Assembly (NCBI GenBank): GCA_043228905.1
Contig: JBHGNT010000015.1
Coordinates: 18,600,001 to 18,664,000, forward strand
Length of the DNA stretch: 64,000 bases
Origin: Azolla caroliniana
Taxonomy: Eukaryota > Plantae > Polypodiophyta
Reading direction: 5' to 3'
Part shown: piece after piece, positions 58,684-64,000 of the stretch
Layout: each line of letters opens with the position of its first letter
Position numbering within the stretch: position 1 is the stretch's first letter
Notes under the pieces: model-generated
What the model saw: only the letters and a program-made list of their open reading frames with translations
Database searches by the model: none
What the model was told of the DNA's origin: nothing
Program-made: the position numbers and the translations under genes

Positions 58684-60846
58684 TTAACTGGGAACCAGCA
58701 TTGGTGTGTTAAAATTTTGGCATTCATAATAATTGTGGCAAATACATCTTCCATCCTCAAAAATGTGAACACGGTTCATATCACTCACTTGAATCTTGCG
58801 ATTCTCTATCATTGAAATAAGAGAAATGGCGGAATGGCAATCTCCACAAATCTGCATATTCTTCGTAACACGTATAGGCACACTTCTGGGAGTATTAATC
58901 AAGGCACACGCAATAGACAGCTGCTCACTATAGCCACACAACACATACTTTTTCACCTTTTTATCATCAACAATGTCTTTTGATGATGCCCAATGAAGAC
59001 CCGGGGAATACCCATGTTGTGATAGTCTCTGATGAATATCCTCTAGCTTTCCATATATATGAGTACTTTGTGGATGCTTCTGATCAGGCGAATCAAATGA
59101 ATGCACGTTCCTATCAGGATCAGTCCACCAACAACATCCTTGCATCTTCCATGCTTTATTCTTCATCCTTAATGCTTCGATTCCATCTGCCTCCGTTTGC
59201 ATACCTACAGCAGCATATATCTTTTCCATACAAACATAAGCAACTGAACATTTTTCATCTATTTGTATCGATTGCTCGAATGCCCATCTCCCAAGCTTCA
59301 CATTCCTCCATTTTCTACAAGCACCCAATATGTTCAGGAATAGTGGAAGATGTCCAGAATATGACACCTCATCAAGCAGGGATTTTGCCTTGTCAAAATG
59401 TCCAGCACGGCCAAATAGACCAATCATACAAGTGTAATGTTCTAGTGTTGGGGTGAGACAATAAACAACACGCATTTCATTGAACAACTTTTCGCCTTCC
59501 ATCACGAGTCCTGCATGACTACATGCATTAAGCAAGAGAATAAAAGTAATCAAATTCGGTCGAATATCTTCTCTCCTCATTTTTATATACAAATCCATAA
59601 CTACATTAGCTTGACCTAAGTGAGCATATCCAGCAATGAGAGCATTCCAAGATACAACGTCACGTATTGGAAGTTGCTCAAATACTTCTTGTGCTCTCTC
59701 AAGTGCACTACATTTGGAATACATGCCTACTAACGTGTTTCCGAGCACAATGTCTTTCTTTAGTAACCCTCTCTTTGACACCTTAGCATATATATCTTCC
59801 CCTATCTCTAGAGCCCCAACCACACCACATGCTTTCAAGATGCAAACGTAAGTTAAAAGATCAGGCTGAATTCCTCCATCTTGCATTTGTTTGAAGCATT
59901 TCAATGCTTCTTCATTGAGTCCATGTTGGGCATACCCAGCAATCAAAGCACCCCAAGACACGACATCTTGTATTGGAAGCTTATCAAATACTTCTCTTGC
60001 TTCCTCTAGAGCACCACATTTGGAATACATGTCTACAAGTGCAGTGCCGAGACAAATATCTTTGTGCAATAACCCTTGCTTTCTAACTTCGGCATCTATA
60101 TCTTTTCCAGTCTCTAGAGCCCCCGCAATACCACAAGCTTTGAGAACACATATATATGTGACTACATTTGGACAAACTCCCACATCTTGCATTTGTTTGA
60201 AGCATTTCAATGCTTCATCACCAAGGCGATGTTGGACATATCCACCTATCAAAGCACTGAAGGAAACAACATTCGGCATCGGTAGTTCGTCAAAGACTTC
60301 TTGTGCTTTTGCTAGTGCACCACATTTTGAATACATGTCCACCAATACATTTCCAAGAACTACATCTTTCTTCAATAAACCTTGTCGCCTGACCTCAGCA
60401 TCAATGTCTTCCCCAATCTCTAGAGATCGCATAATACCACAAGCTTTCAAAATTGATGCATAAGTTACCGCATCAGGATACACTCTCTCATCTTGCATGT
60501 CTCTAAACCATTCTAATGCTTCCTTAGCAAGGCCATGTTGGACATATCCAGAAATCAATGCATTCCAAGATACAACATTGCGCACCGGAATTTGATTAAA
60601 TACTTCTTGTGCTTTCTCTATGGCACCACATTTGGCATATGCTGTAATCAGAGTAGTAGCAATATAAACATCCTTCGTAATCAAGTCTTCCTTGACAAGA
60701 TCACCATGTATCAACTTTACTTTCAACATATTTCTTTCTTTGCAGCATGATTTTAACATATTCAAAATGTGCAATCGGTCATGAAACTGATGCTTGTCCA
60801 GAAGCTTAACATCATCAACCACGTTACTTGTGAAATTTGCTTTCAT
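58684..60846 (-). CDS. PLS-E-DYW PPR RNA-editing factor, DYW:WW type with degenerate active site
   Basis: Four PLS triplets and E domains, then GCCWWTD, VHSF, HPQS, LCGYSE, KNMQICGDCH and HIFEDGRCICHNYY plus a 13-aa extension. The first ATG is at 60846 (frame open to 60897). Confidence 0.88.
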   Translation of the reverse strand: MKANFTSNVVDDVKLLDKHQFHDRLHILNMLKSCCKERNMLKVKLIHGDLVKEDLITKDVYIATTLITAYAKCGAIEKAQEVFNQIPVRNVVSWNALISGYVQHGLAKEALEWFRDMQDERVYPDAVTYASILKACGIMRSLEIGEDIDAEVRRQGLLKKDVVLGNVLVDMYSKCGALAKAQEVFDELPMPNVVSFSALIGGYVQHRLGDEALKCFKQMQDVGVCPNVVTYICVLKACGIAGALETGKDIDAEVRKQGLLHKDICLGTALVDMYSKCGALEEAREVFDKLPIQDVVSWGALIAGYAQHGLNEEALKCFKQMQDGGIQPDLLTYVCILKACGVVGALEIGEDIYAKVSKRGLLKKDIVLGNTLVGMYSKCSALERAQEVFEQLPIRDVVSWNALIAGYAHLGQANVVMDLYIKMRREDIRPNLITFILLLNACSHAGLVMEGEKLFNEMRVVYCLTPTLEHYTCMIGLFGRAGHFDKAKSLLDEVSYSGHLPLFLNILGACRKWRNVKLGRWAFEQSIQIDEKCSVAYVCMEKIYAAVGMQTEADGIEALRMKNKAWKMQGCCWWTDPDRNVHSFDSPDQKHPQSTHIYGKLEDIHQRLSQHGYSPGLHWASSKDIVDDKKVKKYVLCGYSEQLSIACALINTPRSVPIRVTKNMQICGDCHSAISLISMIENRKIQVSDMNRVHIFEDGRCICHNYYECQNFNTPMLVPS

Positions 60847-62201
60847 CACCGTATTCAACCAGATTTTACCGTGGAACTCCACAAAGCTGAAGCCCTTTTA
60901 ACTTAATTATTGATAAAAGTGTGGTTAGGAGCATAAGGCCTATCCACCATGGTTTTCCCTGTGTGTGTGTGTGTGGTGGATAAAAACCAAACAAAATCAA
61001 AACAAAAGAAATGGGCAACAATCCAGAGAGGCCCTGCCCTGTTATCTTGTCTCATCCAGAAATTTGAAGGAATCACGGAGAACTAGCTAAAAACACACAA
61101 GCTTGAAAACATATCCTTCTTGAGCTCATACATACATACATACATACATACATATGCATACATACATACATACATGCATGCATCCATGCATATATGTATG
61201 TGTGTGAGTAACAAGTGTATACACTCTTATGTACGTATAAGCCACTAGTAAAATATAGGTAGGAGGAAACACCAAAATATCCCCCAAACTTTTGGATATT
61301 TACATGAATACCCCCGAGTCTTTTGCCCTATCATGTATGTTTTATAAACAAACTGAGAAGACGTTAACGCAAATCGCAATGACTTCTTGGAATCAGATGG
61401 CATGTTGTGGATAGTTTGCCCTATCGTATTTTAGGAACAATCAGAAAACCAGCAAGTAAAAGAGGTTAGTGCAAGTCACAACAAACATTGTGAAATCGGC
61501 TCAAGTTTGCTAGGGTCGTGAGACGAGAACTTCGAAAATTCAATTTGTTTAGGAGACACAAACAAAAGCCTTGTCGAAACATAACCAAAACGTGCACATG
61601 TCACTTTTTAGCAGGCCAATTGTGCTTACTAAAAATGTAAACATGATAGCCAATATATAGTCAAACCCCTTATCATTGCTCAACATTATAATTTATGCAC
61701 GACTTAGACTCTCCATACACATGCTAGTCCATGTACATATTGTATCATGACCATATGCCCAAACTATTCACATCTTCACCTATACTACTAGATGATAATC
61801 ATATCAAAGACTTGTCTTAATAATGTATCTTACACCCTAAGGGTGACCATGTGTTGGTGTTTGCACACATGCGTGAATGCCAATTAGGGGGGTGGACAAG
61901 AAATGAGAGTAGAACAAACTAGAAATATTAAAGAACTAAATTAGACAAGATAAACAAATGGAATGTGGAATCATCTTCGACCATTACTTGTCTCATGTAG
62001 TGACAACAATATTTATGCTCATTTTAAATTGGAACTACAATAGCACTAGATCAATCAAGTGTCTCAACCCTCCCGATGTTTAACAACAAAACATAAACTA
62101 TAATATGTATTATCTTGTTAAATTGTATTGTCTCAATGACTTTGTTGGAAACATTGAATATTGCACAAAAAATGTATGTTCATTATCTATTTATAAGACT
62201 T

Positions 62202-62498
62202 TGTTGAGAATCAAGCTCAACTTGGTCTAGTGTGTGAACTCACCTTGAGAGTGAAGAGACACTCCAACGGTCAAGAGTCACCATTATGTCACCACTTTGT
62301 ATTCTAACATTAAGTATGAGTCATAGAATCATATTCTATGACACATAACTTATGAGCTTTCACATTCCCCATGCTCCATGAGGCTTGTAGTTAATGAAGA
62401 GAGAGGGTGACTACATAAAGCACCCTCCTCCCACCTTGTATAATGTTGCGTCTTTCTCCTTAAATGTCAATATATCTTTTACATTGCGTATTCCTTGA

Positions 62499-62536
<38 letters not shown>

Positions 62537-62592
62537 CACACACAGTTCACACCTATTCCACTTCACAAGAATCCATCTCTTGATTCTTTACA
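62202..62592 (+). mobile_element. 5' LTR of Ty1/copia retrotransposon (left boundary approximate)
   Basis: TGTTG...TTACA termini are followed directly by the PBS. Without the 3' LTR the left edge cannot be confirmed; an alternative TG lies at 62143. Confidence 0.7.
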
Positions 62593-62603
62593 TGGCATCA
62601 GAG
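62593..62603 (+). promoter_or_regulatory. Primer binding site (tRNA-iMet type)
   Basis: TGGCATCAGAG versus canonical TGGTATCAGAGC, immediately after the CA end of the LTR. Confidence 0.8.
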
Positions 62604-62757
62604 TGATTTGGTAGCTCGATCTAGCCCATTCACCTCATCGTGATCATGTGTTGTGCTCCACGTCGACGACCAAGAACTGGCTCATCGCTATCGTAGTTTC
62701 GCTACATAGCTCGCATTCAAAGAGAGAAGAACAAGAACAAGAACAAGAATCGACATA

Positions 62758-64000
62758 ATGAATACTCAAATGGGGAGCGCTCTCCCTACCGAGAAGTTGG
62801 ATCGAAACAACTTCGCATCTTGGGAGTACAAGATGCACCAATACCTTGTCGGACAAGGCTATTGGAGTTACATCAAAGGAGCGCATGAAGACCGACCCGC
62901 CGAAGCGGCTCCTGGATACGTGACATGGGAGCAAGCCGCAAGCCGCGTGATGTATTGTTTGGCGACATGTGTTCACAACCACATGCTCGGTTACATTCGA
63001 GAAGCCAAGACGCCGAAGGAAGCGTGGGAAACTCTACGAAAGATTTTCGCCGCCAACACGACCGCGAGGAAGCTTCAACTCCGCCAAGAGTTGAACAACA
63101 TTCAACAAAGGGATATGTCCATCACGACATACACCTTGAAGAGCAAGGAGCTTTGCGACTCGCTCGGCTCAATAAGCGTAAGTATAGATGATGATGAGAT
63201 GGTGCAAATATGCCTCGGCGGCCTCGCACCACGGTTCGGCGCGATGCGAACCGCCGTTCTAGCACGGGAGAAATCTCCCTCCTTCTTCGAGCTCCAATCA
63301 ATGCTATTGGTTGAAGAAAACCACGTGCGTACAAGGAGCAATGAGTCGGAAGGCCACATGCTCTACACGCACTCTAATGGAGGAAGAGGACGCGGACGAG
63401 CGAGAGGCGGATTCGGCCAAGGACAAGGCGGACGAGGACCGACCTACGACAACAACTCCCAATTTCGGCCGCAAAACGGAGGCCAACAATGAACCTTCAC
63501 AAGAAGGGGGAGCTTCCACTCCGGCCCGAGCCATCAAAACGCAACCGAATGCGGATATTGCGGAAAGCTCGGCCACCACGAAGAAGAGTGCCGAAAGAAG
63601 ATGCGTGAATCGGCTTCCACAAGCCGACAACTCACGAATTACGCGCACAATTCCGACTACGAAGAGTATAGCGGAATGTATGGGCACAACTCTGACTACG
63701 AGGATCGTGGCGGAATGTACGCATACAACTCCGACCGTGGCGGAATGTTCATGATGAAACATAGAGCAAAGTCTATGTCGGCCTCTACCTCAACTAGTGC
63801 CCTCAATCCGGAGGACGTATGGTTTGTTGACTCTGGAGCCTCAAACCATATGACATCCCACAAAGAATGGTTTCTCGAACTTCGAGAGCCGGAGCGACCC
63901 GGTTATGTTGAAACCAGAGATGACACTACGCACCCGATTCGGCACATCGGCAACGTTCCGTTCGGCGAAAGAGGTAAGCAAACATACATTAAAAATGTCT
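62758..64000 (+). mobile_element. Ty1/copia gag-pol (5' part), interrupted by in-frame TGA at 63490-63492
   Basis: Copia gag (KLDRNNFASW...TPKEAWETLRKIF). The same frame continues past the TGA into zinc knuckle CGYCGKLGHHEEEC and protease WFVDSGASNHMT, then runs off the window. Confidence 0.93.

Noticed and set aside
60898-60950. Upstream ATG at 60950 as the real PPR start with a premature stop
   Set aside because: It is 68 nt from the PPR-frame codon at 60882, so it is out of frame.
63490-63492. Programmed gag-pol stop read-through in the copia element
   Set aside because: The stop precedes the zinc knuckle and lacks a CARYYA read-through context. CGA-to-TGA deamination is the simpler explanation.

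Overview
Gene-dense eukaryotic nuclear DNA from a land plant. It is most likely a seed-free plant such as a fern; this is inferred from the PLS-class PPR genes, including a DYW:WW-type domain. Manual splicing supports nine protein-coding genes: HMGB (+), a TPR-domain protein (+), an intronless CDPK/PEPKR-like kinase lacking EF-hands (-), kinesin-10 (-), plastid acetylornithine aminotransferase/ArgD (+), a stand-alone myosin-TH1 domain protein (+), a PLS-E PPR (-), MCM3 (-) and a PLS-E-DYW PPR (-). The window also holds tRNA-Gln(TTG), a decayed LINE, a hAT MITE with an 8-bp TSD, the 5' end of a Ty1/copia element and many local tandem duplications. Most notable: (1) a 61-68 bp tandem array directly upstream of ArgD with six ATG-AAT-TGA micro-uORFs, where one copy gained a TATA box and the copies downstream of it lost their ATG; a similar ATG polarity occurs in a 67-bp array upstream of the TPR gene. 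(2) Two local templated insertions that copy intron 3' ends over 4-8 kb. (3) A candidate NMD-triggering cassette exon in the HMGB 3'UTR. (4) A DYW:WW editing factor with a His-to-Tyr zinc-ligand loss and an apparent stop-codon loss. All exon structures were read by eye and are unverified by transcript data.
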